A DNA stretch of 64,000 nucleotides. Source: Vulcanimicrobiota bacterium (lineage in GTDB: Bacteria; Vulcanimicrobiota; Vulcanimicrobiia; Vulcanimicrobiales; Vulcanimicrobiaceae). The stretch is taken from positions 128,001-192,000 of the forward strand of contig CAVZQC010000001.1 of NCBI GenBank assembly GCA_963777315.1, given 5' to 3'. Below, piece after piece: positions 39,469 to 48,866 of the stretch (its first letter is position 1; every line of letters begins with the position of its first letter). The notes under the pieces are model-generated. The model had not been told where the DNA came from. It made no database searches and worked only from the letters and a program-made list of their open reading frames with translations. Made by a program: the position numbers and the translations under genes.

Positions 39469-40380
39469 TCAGTCCCAGCTCGACGGACGCAGCCACGAAC
39501 CGAGCACGACGCGCAGTTTCTCTCTTTTGGAAAGCGCGGCACGTTCTCGCAGCGGCAGCTGCGGATCGCGTTCGATTTTCTGCAGGATCCCTTCGTAGAT
39601 GCCCGCCATCGTTTGCACGCACGCGCCGGCACGTCGTGGAATGTACCGCAAAACTTGATAGCCGCTTTCAAACAGTTGCCGCGCGCGCTGCGTTTCAAAC
39701 GCGATCAGTGCATCCCATCCGGCACCGGGATTTTCGAGAATCGTTTCGTCGGTTATCCCGAATCGCCGCAGGTCTTGGGCGGGAAGATAGACGCGGCCCA
39801 TTTCGGCGTCCTCGCGCACGTCGCGAAGAATGTTCGTCAACTGCAGCGCAAGCCCCAAGTCGTCGGCGCGCGCCAGTGCCGCCGCGTCGGTAAAGCCGAA
39901 GATGCGCACGCACATCCGGCCTACCACCGATGCGACCAAATAACAATACTCGCGCAGCGCTTCCCACGTTTCGTAGCGGGTGCAGATGCAGTCCCGTTCG
40001 ACGCCGTCGATCAGCGCGAGCAATTCGTTTTGCGGTATGTCGTAGCGCGCCACGGCTTTGGACAGCACCTGAACGACCGGGTCGCCGTCGCCGTGCGGCG
40101 CCGGCAAGCTGCCGAAACACGCGCGCACCCGTTCGCGCTGCGCTGCCAGCCTGCGGGGAATCAGCGCCGGGGCGGGCGCACCGTCGACTTCGTCGTCGAC
40201 CTGACGCGCGAAATCGTACAGCGCGTAAATCGCCATCCGCTGCTCGTGCGGAAGGGAAATGAAACCCCAGTAAAAGTTCTTGGCTTCGCGCCGCGCCATC
40301 TCACGGCAAAACCGTTCGGCTTCTTCTTCGACCGTCTGCGGACGGCGCACATAGCGAACCGCGTCAAGCGGTTTCAGCAT
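39469..40380 (-). CDS. hpnD: Presqualene diphosphate synthase
   Basis: NFYWGF, RQVDDEVD, YCYLVASVVG, LQLTNILRDVRED. Confidence 0.9.
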   Translation of the reverse strand: MLKPLDAVRYVRRPQTVEEEAERFCREMARREAKNFYWGFISLPHEQRMAIYALYDFARQVDDEVDGAPAPALIPRRLAAQRERVRACFGSLPAPHGDGDPVVQVLSKAVARYDIPQNELLALIDGVERDCICTRYETWEALREYCYLVASVVGRMCVRIFGFTDAAALARADDLGLALQLTNILRDVREDAEMGRVYLPAQDLRRFGITDETILENPGAGWDALIAFETQRARQLFESGYQVLRYIPRRAGACVQTMAGIYEGILQKIERDPQLPLRERAALSKREKLRVVLGSWLRPSSWD

Positions 40381-41209
40381 CGTTCACCCCGGGCCCGCGC
40401 CCGCTCGCTTCCAACGCCGCTCTCACGAGTAACCCCATTTTGGTCCGCTTCGATACCGAAGGCCGCTGAACATCCGTTCTATAGCCGATGCGGCGAATCT
40501 GGTCGCAAATCGCAAGGCCGCCCAACCGGTACAGCGCGAGTTGCATGCGCAGCGGGCGCGGAGCCATTGTTTCCAAGACCCTGCCCGATGCCAGCAAAGT
40601 GCGCGCTCGATCGACCAGCGATTTGACCGCGCCGTGAATCCCCACTCTCTGGATGTCTTCCTGCAGCAGATAACAGCGCCCCATCCTTTCGTCGCGGCTC
40701 ACGTCCTGCGCGTGATTGGCAAGCTGCAAGCCGATGCACACGTCGTCGGAAAGACGTTCGGACTGCGCGTCGGCCATTGCGAAAAACCGCAGCACTACGC
40801 GACCGACGGGTGCCGCCGACAACATGCAGTATGCCTGCAACGCGGGCCAATTGCGGTACGCGAACGTCCGCTGATCCCACTCGTTGGCCTCGATGAGATC
40901 GACGAACGGCTGCTTGTCCAGGCCGTAACGGTCGACGGTTTCCCGCAGCGCGATCAGCACGGGATGCACCGGCGAGCGCCCCGCAAAAAACGCCTGGGTC
41001 TGTTCGCGCCAGGATGCCAGCCGCTCGAGCGCCTCGTGCGGCGACCCGCTCTCGTCACCCAAGTCGTCGGTCGTACGGCAAAAGGCGTAAAAGCGCATCA
41101 AATCCAGGCGAATGCGCGCGGGAACCAGTCGCGAAGCCACGGCGAAATTCTCGTAATGCTCGTTCGCGAGCCGTCTGCAGTATGCATCGGCACTGTGCAA
41201 CTCGGTCAT
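40364..41209 (-). CDS. hpnC: Hydroxysqualene synthase
   Basis: HYENFAVAS, RTTDDLGDE, SAAPVGR, SDDVCIGLQLANHAQD. Confidence 0.9.
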   Translation of the reverse strand: MTELHSADAYCRRLANEHYENFAVASRLVPARIRLDLMRFYAFCRTTDDLGDESGSPHEALERLASWREQTQAFFAGRSPVHPVLIALRETVDRYGLDKQPFVDLIEANEWDQRTFAYRNWPALQAYCMLSAAPVGRVVLRFFAMADAQSERLSDDVCIGLQLANHAQDVSRDERMGRCYLLQEDIQRVGIHGAVKSLVDRARTLLASGRVLETMAPRPLRMQLALYRLGGLAICDQIRRIGYRTDVQRPSVSKRTKMGLLVRAALEASGRGPGVNDAETA

Positions 41210-41214
41210 CGATC

Positions 41215-42261
41215 TTACAGCTTCTCGCCGGCGCGCACGATGCGGGACGAACCCCGCAGATCGCCTATCGTGCGTACGCCCAGCGCGAACATTGCGATGC
41301 GAAGCACTTCCTGCAGCTCCTCTGCGAGCTGTGCGGCGTGCTGATATCCCTGCGCGGCAGCCCGCAAAAACGGTCCGGCGATTCCGACCAGATCCGCGCC
41401 CAGCGCCACGGCTTTGACCACATCCAAGCCCGAGCGGATTCCGCCGCTGGCAATCAGTATGCTCCCGGGCGCCACGCGGCGGGCGGCCGGCAAGCACTGC
41501 GCGGTCGCGATGCCCCATCCGGCGAACTCGGCAGCGGCGCGCGCGCGCCACGGTTCTTCGATGCGATGGCGTTCGACCTCGCTCCAGGACGTGCCGCCGG
41601 CGCCGGCGAGATCGACCGCCGCGACCCCGGCCGCGAACAGCGCGCGCACATCGTCGGGCGCGATGCCCCAGCCGACTTCCTTGACGATCACCGGAACGCC
41701 GATTTGCCTGCACACCTGCGATATCTTTGCCAGCAAACCGCCAAAGCACGTGTCGCCTTGCGGTTGAAGCGCTTCCTGAACCGCGTTCAAATGCAGCACG
41801 AGCGCATCCGCGCGCAGCAGATCGACGATGCGCCGGCAATCCCGTACGCCGTAGCCCTTGTTGAGCTGCACGGCGCCCAAATTGGCGAAGAGCAGCACGT
41901 CCGGCGCGAGCGATCGCACGTCGAACGTATCGAGCAGTTGCGGATTTTCCAGCAACGCGCGTGCCGAACCCAAACCCATTGCCAAGCCGCGCTCCTGCGC
42001 AACCTGCGCGAGCGCGCGATTGATGGCGCGCGCCGCGGATGTCCCGCCGGTCATGCACGAGATGAGGATCGGCACGGCCAAAGCTCGCCCAAACAGCGTC
42101 GTGCTCGTATCGACTTGCGCGAGGTCGATCTCCGGCAAGGCGCAATGAATCAAGCGGTAATCGTCAAATCCGCTTGCTTCCTTTGAATCCACGTCGCGTT
42201 CGAGGTTGATGCGGACGTGATCGTCTTTGCGAGACGGCGTACCGTTTGCGAGCTCAGTCAA
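41215..42261 (-). CDS. fni: Type 2 isopentenyl-diphosphate delta-isomerase
   Basis: RKDDHV, MTGG, HLNAVQE, KEVGWG, GGTSW, ASGGIR. Confidence 0.94.
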   Translation of the reverse strand: MTELANGTPSRKDDHVRINLERDVDSKEASGFDDYRLIHCALPEIDLAQVDTSTTLFGRALAVPILISCMTGGTSAARAINRALAQVAQERGLAMGLGSARALLENPQLLDTFDVRSLAPDVLLFANLGAVQLNKGYGVRDCRRIVDLLRADALVLHLNAVQEALQPQGDTCFGGLLAKISQVCRQIGVPVIVKEVGWGIAPDDVRALFAAGVAAVDLAGAGGTSWSEVERHRIEEPWRARAAAEFAGWGIATAQCLPAARRVAPGSILIASGGIRSGLDVVKAVALGADLVGIAGPFLRAAAQGYQHAAQLAEELQEVLRIAMFALGVRTIGDLRGSSRIVRAGEKL

Positions 42262-42339
42262 CACAAACGCGCTTGGCCGCGTCGCTCTGCGAAGCCTTCC
42301 GGCATGATTGCGGCACGAACGCGCCGCATTAGCTGCGAT

Positions 42340-43203
42340 ATGCGCCGGCTCATCGTTACTGCGGACGACTTCGGCTTGGCGGTCGAAGTCAACGAGGCCG
42401 TCGAGCGCGGCCATCGCGAAGGCATTCTTTCTACGGCCAGCCTGATGGTCGCGGCGCCCGCAACCGAGGATGCGATAGCGCGCGCGCGCGCGCTGCCGTC
42501 GCTGCGCGTGGGGCTGCACGTCGTACTGGTCAACGGCCGCCCCACGTTGCCTCCCGAAGCGGTGCCCGCCCTGGTCGACGCCAACGGCGAGTTTGCCGCG
42601 GATCTCTTTGCCGCCGGGGTGCGCTATTTTTTCACGCCCGGCATACGCGCGCAGCTGCGAGCCGAGATCCGCGCACAGTTCGCGGCTTTTGCGGCAACGG
42701 GGCTCGATCTGGATCACGTCAACTCGCAAAACCACATGCACGTGCATCCCACGGTGCTCTCGATTCTGATCCAAGTCGGACGCGAATACGGCGTGCGCGC
42801 GATCCGCATTCCACGCGAGCCGTTTTGGCCGTCCTGGCGCGCCACCCGAACCGATGCGCCCGTGCGTTTGGCGAATGCGGTTTTCCTCGCGCCGTGGCTG
42901 TGGCTGATGAGGCGCAGACTGCGCACTGCGTCGATTGCGGCCAACGACTACGTATTCGGCATGAACGACAGCGGCCGCATGAATCCCCAGCGGGTCCGCG
43001 CTTTCCTCACAAATCTGCCCGCCGCGACGAGCGAACTGTACGTGCACCCGGCAACGCGCGCGTGGCCGCAAGCTTCGCCGCCGGACTACGATTTCACCGG
43101 TGAGTTCGCGGCCCTGGTCGACCCGCAGGTTCGCCGCACGATAGCCCAATGCGGCATCACGCCGTTCACCTTCGCGCAATTGGCGGCACGCGATGTCGGC
43201 TGA
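42340..43203 (+). CDS. hpnK: Hopanoid deacetylase (YdjC family)
   Basis: LIVTADDFG, VGLH, LDHVNSQNHMHVHP, ELYVHP. Confidence 0.9.
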   Translation: MRRLIVTADDFGLAVEVNEAVERGHREGILSTASLMVAAPATEDAIARARALPSLRVGLHVVLVNGRPTLPPEAVPALVDANGEFAADLFAAGVRYFFTPGIRAQLRAEIRAQFAAFAATGLDLDHVNSQNHMHVHPTVLSILIQVGREYGVRAIRIPREPFWPSWRATRTDAPVRLANAVFLAPWLWLMRRRLRTASIAANDYVFGMNDSGRMNPQRVRAFLTNLPAATSELYVHPATRAWPQASPPDYDFTGEFAALVDPQVRRTIAQCGITPFTFAQLAARDVG

Positions 43204-44371
43204 CGTTCGCAGGCTCATTGCCGGCGCGGCGCTGGCATTCACCGGCGCAGGCATGGCGTATGCCGCCTTTTCCATCGCGCAAATGCGCCGGTTTCGTGCA
43301 CGCATGGCGGAACCGCCGCCTCGCTTCATGCCGCCGATCACGATACTCAAACCGCTGCGCGGCAACGAGATTGGATTGTACGAAAACCTGCGTTCGTTCT
43401 GCGATCAGCGATACGCACGGTATCAGGTGATATTCGGTGCAGCCGATGCAAACGATCCGGCGCTCGAGGTCGCGCGCGCCGTTCAGCGCGAGCATCCGCA
43501 GACGGACGTCAAAATCGTCGGCGGCCGCGCGGTGCCGTCCAACAACCCCAAGATCGGCAATCTGCTGGGCACGATCGCGCACGCCAAATACGAGCTGCTC
43601 GTGGTTGCCGACAGCGACGTTCGGGTGGGGCCCGGCTATTTGGCGGCCGTTGCGGCGTGTTTTATCGACCCGAACGTGGGAGCCGCCACGTGCACTTACG
43701 GCGGAACGCCCACGGGCGGCGTTCCGTCACAGCTGGGCGCGATGTTCGTCAACGAACATTTCTCGCCGTCCGTTCTCGTGGCAAGCGCGCTCGAGCCGCT
43801 CTCGTATTGCTTTGGCGCGACCATGGCGGTTCGCAAGGACGTGCTCGAACGCGTCGGCGGTTTGGGCGCGCTTTCCGACCGGCTGGGGGATGATTATTTT
43901 TTAGGTAAGCTCGTTGCGGCGCAGGGCTGGATCGTCGACCTCTGCCCATACGTAGTGCGCACCTCGATCGCCGAACGCGATCTCAAATCTCTGTGGCTGC
44001 GCGAGTTGCGTTGGGCGCGCACGATTCGGGCCCAACGGCCCGTAGGCTACGCCGGATCGATCGTAACGTACGTTTTGCCGTTTGCGTGGCTATTCGCGCT
44101 GGCGACCCGCTCGCGGACGCTCGGCTGGGCGGTGGCCGTGACGGCGAGCGTTCTCCGTCTCGCCGTCCAATTCCAAGCGCTCAAGACTTTCGGCCCCGAG
44201 CTGCATGCGGCACCTTGGCTCATACCGGTCCGCGATGCCCTAGGCGTGGGGGTCTGGTGCGCCAGCTTCGCGGGACGCAACGTGACTTGGCAGCAGGCCC
44301 TGTACAGCGTGAATGCAGGCGGAGAGATCGTCGTACCGCCGGGCAATTGTAACGATTCTGTATACCGTTAG
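43193..44371 (+). CDS. hpnI: Bacteriohopanetetrol glucosamine glycosyltransferase (GT2)
   Basis: ILKPLRG, NPKIGNL, ADSD, DDY, RELRWARTIR. Confidence 0.9.
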   Translation: MSADVRRLIAGAALAFTGAGMAYAAFSIAQMRRFRARMAEPPPRFMPPITILKPLRGNEIGLYENLRSFCDQRYARYQVIFGAADANDPALEVARAVQREHPQTDVKIVGGRAVPSNNPKIGNLLGTIAHAKYELLVVADSDVRVGPGYLAAVAACFIDPNVGAATCTYGGTPTGGVPSQLGAMFVNEHFSPSVLVASALEPLSYCFGATMAVRKDVLERVGGLGALSDRLGDDYFLGKLVAAQGWIVDLCPYVVRTSIAERDLKSLWLRELRWARTIRAQRPVGYAGSIVTYVLPFAWLFALATRSRTLGWAVAVTASVLRLAVQFQALKTFGPELHAAPWLIPVRDALGVGVWCASFAGRNVTWQQALYSVNAGGEIVVPPGNCNDSVYR

Positions 44372-44453
44372 GGCGATGGACCTAACCCGAATGCAAGTTG
44401 CACATTTCAACGCCGATAGCATACGGTAAGTGAATGGAAGTAAAGGAGCGGAT

Positions 44454-44618
44454 ATGAACGGCCACACGCTGGTTGCGCTTGACGCGGATGACTCATATTT
44501 CAACGACTGGATGATCGACCTGTTCAGTCTCGAACGCTTTGCTTCCGACCGCTGGAACGAAAAGATGTGGACGGGCGTCAAGCCCACGTACGCGTCACTG
44601 CTGATCCGGCAAAATTAG
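44454..44618 (+). CDS. 54-aa small protein of unknown function
   Basis: AAGGAG RBS 5 nt before ATG, own intergenic space, followed by terminator. Confidence 0.6.
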   Translation: MNGHTLVALDADDSYFNDWMIDLFSLERFASDRWNEKMWTGVKPTYASLLIRQN

Positions 44619-44641
44619 ACGCAGGCACGAACCGTTTTGAA

Positions 44642-44672
44642 CGAAAGCCCCGCTCGGCACGCGGGGCTTTCG
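44642..44672. terminator. Probable bidirectional intrinsic terminator
   Basis: CGAAAGCCCCGC-loop-GCGGGGCTTTCG between convergent sORF and fumC. Confidence 0.8.
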
Positions 44673-44673
44673 A

Positions 44674-46104
44674 TTATGCCGGACCGGTCATCTTCGCCGG
44701 AACGACGTACCGGTCGAATTCCTCAGCGGTGACGTGGCCTAATTCCACGGCGGCTTGCCGCAGTGTGGTCTTGCGGTGATGCGCGTGTTTGGCGATCTCG
44801 GCGGCTTTGTCGTAGCCGATCTTGGGCGAAAGGGCGGTTACCGTCATCAGCGATTCGTTCAGGTACCTGCCGATGACGTCTTCATTTGCCGCCAGCCCTT
44901 CGACGGCGTGTTCGCGAAACATCGTGCAAGTGTCGCGCAGCAGCGTACACGAATGCAGAAAGTTGTAGATCATCACGGGGTTGAACACGTTGAGTTCGAA
45001 GTTGCCCTGTGAGGCACCGAAACTGATCGCAAGATCGTTGCCGTACACTTGCGCCACCACCATGGTCATCGCTTCGGACTGCGTGGGGTTCACCTTTCCC
45101 GGCATAATGGACGATCCGGGCTCGTTTTCGGGAAGGATCAGTTCGCCGATGCCCGCACGCGGGCCCGACGCGAGCCACCGGATGTCGTTGGCGATCTTCA
45201 TGAGCGCAGCCCCGAGCGTTTTCAGGGCCCCCGAAGCGAACACGAAATCGTCGTGCGAGGCCAGCGCGGTGAATTTGTTGGGATGCGAGCGGAACGGCAG
45301 CCCGGTCAATTCCGCAATTTTCGCCGCTGCGCGCTGCGCGAATTCCGGGTGAGCGTTCAGGCCGGTGCCTACCGCCGTACCGCCGATTGCCAGATCGTAG
45401 AGCGGATCCAGCGCCGATTCGCACGCCTTGACGGCGCGGTCGAGCTGCGTGACGTATCCGGAAAACTCCTGGCCAAGCGTCAGCGGCGTTGCATCCTGCA
45501 AATGCGTGCGCCCTACTTTGACCAGCCGGTTCCACGATTGTGCCTTGGCGTCGAGCGCATCGCGCAGTTGCTTTACCGCCGGCAGCATGTCCACCATCGC
45601 TTCGGCGGCCGCCATGTGCATCGCCGTTGGAAACGTATCGTTGGAAGATTGCGACATGTTGACGTGATCGTTGGGATGGACCGGTTTCTTGCTGCCCATC
45701 TCGCCGCCGGCCATCTCGATGGCGCGATTGGAGATGACCTCGTTCACGTTCATGTTCGTCTGCGTGCCCGAGCCGGTCTGCCACACCCGCAACGGAAAAT
45801 GCGCGTAGAGTTTGCCGGCGATCACTTCATCCGCGGCTGCAGCGATCAGCCGGGTCTTTTCCTCGTCGAGCTTGCCCAAGTCGCGGTTGATCAGCGCTGC
45901 GGCTTTCTTGAGCACGGCCATGGCCTTGATGACCTGGCGCGGCATAACGTCGCGCGGCGCCGTGCTCTCGCCGATGTCGAAATGAATCAGCGAGCGAGCC
46001 GACTGCGCGCCGTAGTACTTGTCGTCGGGAACTTGGATCTTGCCCATGGAATCGGACTCGGTGCGGGTATTGACGCCGCTCGCCGGAAGATTGGTCGTAG
46101 TCAT
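44674..46104 (-). CDS. fumC: Fumarate hydratase class II
   Basis: [32 protein letters not shown]. Confidence 0.97.
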   Translation of the reverse strand: MTTTNLPASGVNTRTESDSMGKIQVPDDKYYGAQSARSLIHFDIGESTAPRDVMPRQVIKAMAVLKKAAALINRDLGKLDEEKTRLIAAAADEVIAGKLYAHFPLRVWQTGSGTQTNMNVNEVISNRAIEMAGGEMGSKKPVHPNDHVNMSQSSNDTFPTAMHMAAAEAMVDMLPAVKQLRDALDAKAQSWNRLVKVGRTHLQDATPLTLGQEFSGYVTQLDRAVKACESALDPLYDLAIGGTAVGTGLNAHPEFAQRAAAKIAELTGLPFRSHPNKFTALASHDDFVFASGALKTLGAALMKIANDIRWLASGPRAGIGELILPENEPGSSIMPGKVNPTQSEAMTMVVAQVYGNDLAISFGASQGNFELNVFNPVMIYNFLHSCTLLRDTCTMFREHAVEGLAANEDVIGRYLNESLMTVTALSPKIGYDKAAEIAKHAHHRKTTLRQAAVELGHVTAEEFDRYVVPAKMTGPA

Positions 46105-46176
46105 GCTGCTTATCTTCGCTGGGCGCCCGCAAAATCTGCCCGGATAAACGTCGCAATGCGCGGGCGGCGCGCCGGC

Positions 46177-46722
46177 TCAGCCGCGGCCCTTGAACGCTGC
46201 GCGGCCCGTCGTAACGCCCATTTCCCGCGTCTGCACGATTTCGATGACGCTCAGCGGGAAGCGCGAGTCATAACCGCGTTTGCTGCAGCGCCCGCAACTC
46301 ATCGCAGTCGACGGCAAGCGCCGGCGCAGCAGTTCGAGACCGCACTTGTCGCAGCGCAGGATGTAACGCTTGCCGCTTTCGTTGTAGGGCTTGACGTTGC
46401 CGAGATCGTGATAGATCGAAGCCATGCCGCAATCGCGCATCTTTTTGCGAAACGCCGAGCCGTGGCCCGTGTCGCCGGAGCGATCGTACAGCCAGGCGTG
46501 AATCATTTCGTGCAGCAGCGTTTCCCGCAGCGCCTGCGGGTGGTGCTCGAAGTGTTTGGGTGAAAGCTCGACCAGCAGCGGGCGTTCGCTGTACGTTATC
46601 CGGCCCGCGGAGTTGGAAAACCGGGCATTGTACCGCAGGCGGCACACCGGCACCTCGCCGTTGAAATAGTAGTTGTTCAACTCGGCGAAGAGCAGCTGAA
46701 GATCCGTTTCCGAGGGCAGCAC
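46177..46722 (-). CDS. SprT-like zinc metalloprotease domain protein
   Basis: LLHEMIH, HGSAF, CDKC...CGRC zinc ribbon. Confidence 0.88.
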   Translation of the reverse strand: MLPSETDLQLLFAELNNYYFNGEVPVCRLRYNARFSNSAGRITYSERPLLVELSPKHFEHHPQALRETLLHEMIHAWLYDRSGDTGHGSAFRKKMRDCGMASIYHDLGNVKPYNESGKRYILRCDKCGLELLRRRLPSTAMSCGRCSKRGYDSRFPLSVIEIVQTREMGVTTGRAAFKGRG

Positions 46723-46757
46723 GAAGAGTTGGTTCGTCGCGCGTCCAAACGAGTCTT

Positions 46758-47189
46758 GTGCCCTCCCCCGTCCGGCGCGGTCTTCCGCCGCGCGCTTACG
46801 TTCCGATCGTCGTCGTCGTTGCGGCGATCTTTTTGGGCATCATGGCGTGGCTCGTGCACGCGGGTTTTACCACCGGCGGTTCCGTCTTCGGCGCCGGTAC
46901 TGGAGCAAGCAATCACACAGCCGTCGTGAACGCCGGTCCGCCGGCGGTCAGCGTTGAAGGCGGACCGCCGGCGGGCGTTCGCGTCGCGCTGCAGGAACTG
47001 CGCGATCGCATCGCGCGCAATCCCAAGGACGACGTCGCGCTCACGCAACTGGGCGACATGTATCTGGCCGTGGGAAAATATGCGCAGGCCATTCCCTACT
47101 ATCGTCGCGCCCTTGCCGTCAATCCCGGCAACGCCGCCGCGAAGGAAGGCCTCGCACAGGCACGCAGCGGACTACAAGGCTCGCAATGA
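46758..47189 (+). CDS. Membrane-anchored TPR protein
   Basis: N-terminal TM; ALTQLGDMY...AIPYYRRALAVNP. Confidence 0.8.
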   Translation: MPSPVRRGLPPRAYVPIVVVVAAIFLGIMAWLVHAGFTTGGSVFGAGTGASNHTAVVNAGPPAVSVEGGPPAGVRVALQELRDRIARNPKDDVALTQLGDMYLAVGKYAQAIPYYRRALAVNPGNAAAKEGLAQARSGLQGSQ

Positions 47190-48019
47190 AGCTCTATATT
47201 TCCTGCGATATGGAAGGCACGGCCGGCGTGTGCAGCTGGATGCAGTGCGATCCGTCCAACGCGCGCGAATACCCAATCTATCGCCGCTACATGTCGCAGG
47301 AGGTGCGCGCCGCGATAGACGGCGCGCGCAGCGCCGGCGTCACGCAGGTGCTGGTCAACGATTCGCACTGGGATATGCGCAATCTGCTGTGGGACGAATT
47401 GCCCGACGACGTTCGAGTGCTCAGCGGATCGCGCAAGCCGTTCTCGATGACGCAGGGACTCGACGCCGGATATGCCGGCGCCTTCTTTACGGGGTATCAC
47501 GCCAAGGTCGGAGACGCCGACGGCGTCCTCGCGCATACGTACACTGCCGAAACGCTCTACAACGTTCGCATCAACGGCATCGCCTGCAGCGAAGCGCTTC
47601 TCAACGCCGCCATGGCGGGATATTACGGCATTCCGCTGCTGCTCGTCAGCGGCGATCGGGTCGTCGTCGATCACGTTTGCGAGCATATGCCCTGGGTGCG
47701 CGGCGTCGCGGTCAAAGAAGGCATCGGCCATTATTCCGCCGATTCGATCACGCCCAAGGCGGCGCAGGCGCTGCTCGCGCAGGCCGCAGCCGAGGCAGTG
47801 CGCGCTGCTGCCCAGGCAAAACCGTTCACGTTCTCCGCGCCGATCACGCTGGAGTTGGATACCGCGCGCGCCGAACAGGCGGACTTCATCGAGCTCATGC
47901 CGGGCTTCCGGCGAACCGCCGGGCGAACCGTGCTCTTTGCACACGACGATTATTTGACGGTGTTCCGCGCGTTCGTCGCTGCATTCCGTCTAGGCGGCGC
48001 GGCCGGCGCCATCGCTTGA
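47186..48019 (+). CDS. M55 D-aminopeptidase (DppA family), copy 1
   Basis: ISCDMEG, VNDSH, FTGYH, LAHT, SGD. Confidence 0.92.
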   Translation: MKLYISCDMEGTAGVCSWMQCDPSNAREYPIYRRYMSQEVRAAIDGARSAGVTQVLVNDSHWDMRNLLWDELPDDVRVLSGSRKPFSMTQGLDAGYAGAFFTGYHAKVGDADGVLAHTYTAETLYNVRINGIACSEALLNAAMAGYYGIPLLLVSGDRVVVDHVCEHMPWVRGVAVKEGIGHYSADSITPKAAQALLAQAAAEAVRAAAQAKPFTFSAPITLELDTARAEQADFIELMPGFRRTAGRTVLFAHDDYLTVFRAFVAAFRLGGAAGAIA

Positions 48020-48029
48020 TGCCGCCACG

Positions 48030-48866
48030 ATGAACCTTTACATCTCGTGCGACATGGAAGGCACGGCGGGCGTTTGCAGCTGGCAGCAGGTCGACGCGCG
48101 CAACCAGACCGCCGACTACGCGATCTATCAAAAGTACATGACGGGCGAAGTCGCCGCGGCCGTCGAGGGCGCGCGAGAATCGGGTGCGACCGGCGTGCTG
48201 ATCAACGACTCGCACGGCCCAATGCGCAATCTACTCTTGGACGATCTTCCGCACGACGTTCGCGTACTGTTCGGTAGCCGCAAACCCTACTCGATGACGC
48301 AGGGAATCGAGGGCGGATACGATGCGGTGTTCTTCACCGGCTACCACGGCGCCATCGGGGACGCCGATGCAACGCTGTGCCACACGTACACGCCCTCGGT
48401 CGTCTACGACGTGCGGGTGAACGGCATCCGCTGCAGCGAAGCGACTCTCAACGCCGGCCTTGCGGGCCATTACAACGCGCCGGTGCTGCTCGTTACGGGC
48501 GATCGCGCCACCGTGGAAAGCGCCCGAGCGCAGATGCCGTGGATAACCGGCGCCGTCGTAAAGGAGAGCATCGGGCACTACGCGGTCGATTCGATGTCTC
48601 CACGCGCCGCGCAGCAGGCGATACGCGCCGCAGCGGCACGAGCGTTCCGCAGCATGTCCAACGCTAAACCGTACGTGTTCCAACGGCCGATTGCGCTGGA
48701 GATCGACGTGGCTCGCGTGGAACAGGCGGATCTGATCGAATTGATTCCGGAATTCCAACGGCTGGGGCCGCGGCGCGTGCGTTTCGTGCACGAAGACTAT
48801 CCCACGGTGTTCAAGGCGTTCGTAGCGGCGTTTCGGATGGGGGCGCTGGCGGACGGTCCGGCGTAG
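48030..48866 (+). CDS. M55 D-aminopeptidase (DppA family), copy 2
   Basis: ISCDMEG, INDSH, FTGYH, LCHT, TGD. Confidence 0.92.
   Translation: MNLYISCDMEGTAGVCSWQQVDARNQTADYAIYQKYMTGEVAAAVEGARESGATGVLINDSHGPMRNLLLDDLPHDVRVLFGSRKPYSMTQGIEGGYDAVFFTGYHGAIGDADATLCHTYTPSVVYDVRVNGIRCSEATLNAGLAGHYNAPVLLVTGDRATVESARAQMPWITGAVVKESIGHYAVDSMSPRAAQQAIRAAAARAFRSMSNAKPYVFQRPIALEIDVARVEQADLIELIPEFQRLGPRRVRFVHEDYPTVFKAFVAAFRMGALADGPA

Noticed and set aside
19230..43365. Long N-terminal extensions in the ORF track (dapF 546 aa, hpnH 663 aa, hpnC 593 aa, fni 716 aa) and many Arg/Ala-rich antisense ORFs
   Set aside because: Artefacts of stop-poor alternate frames in high-GC DNA; they overlap well-supported genes, so starts were trimmed.
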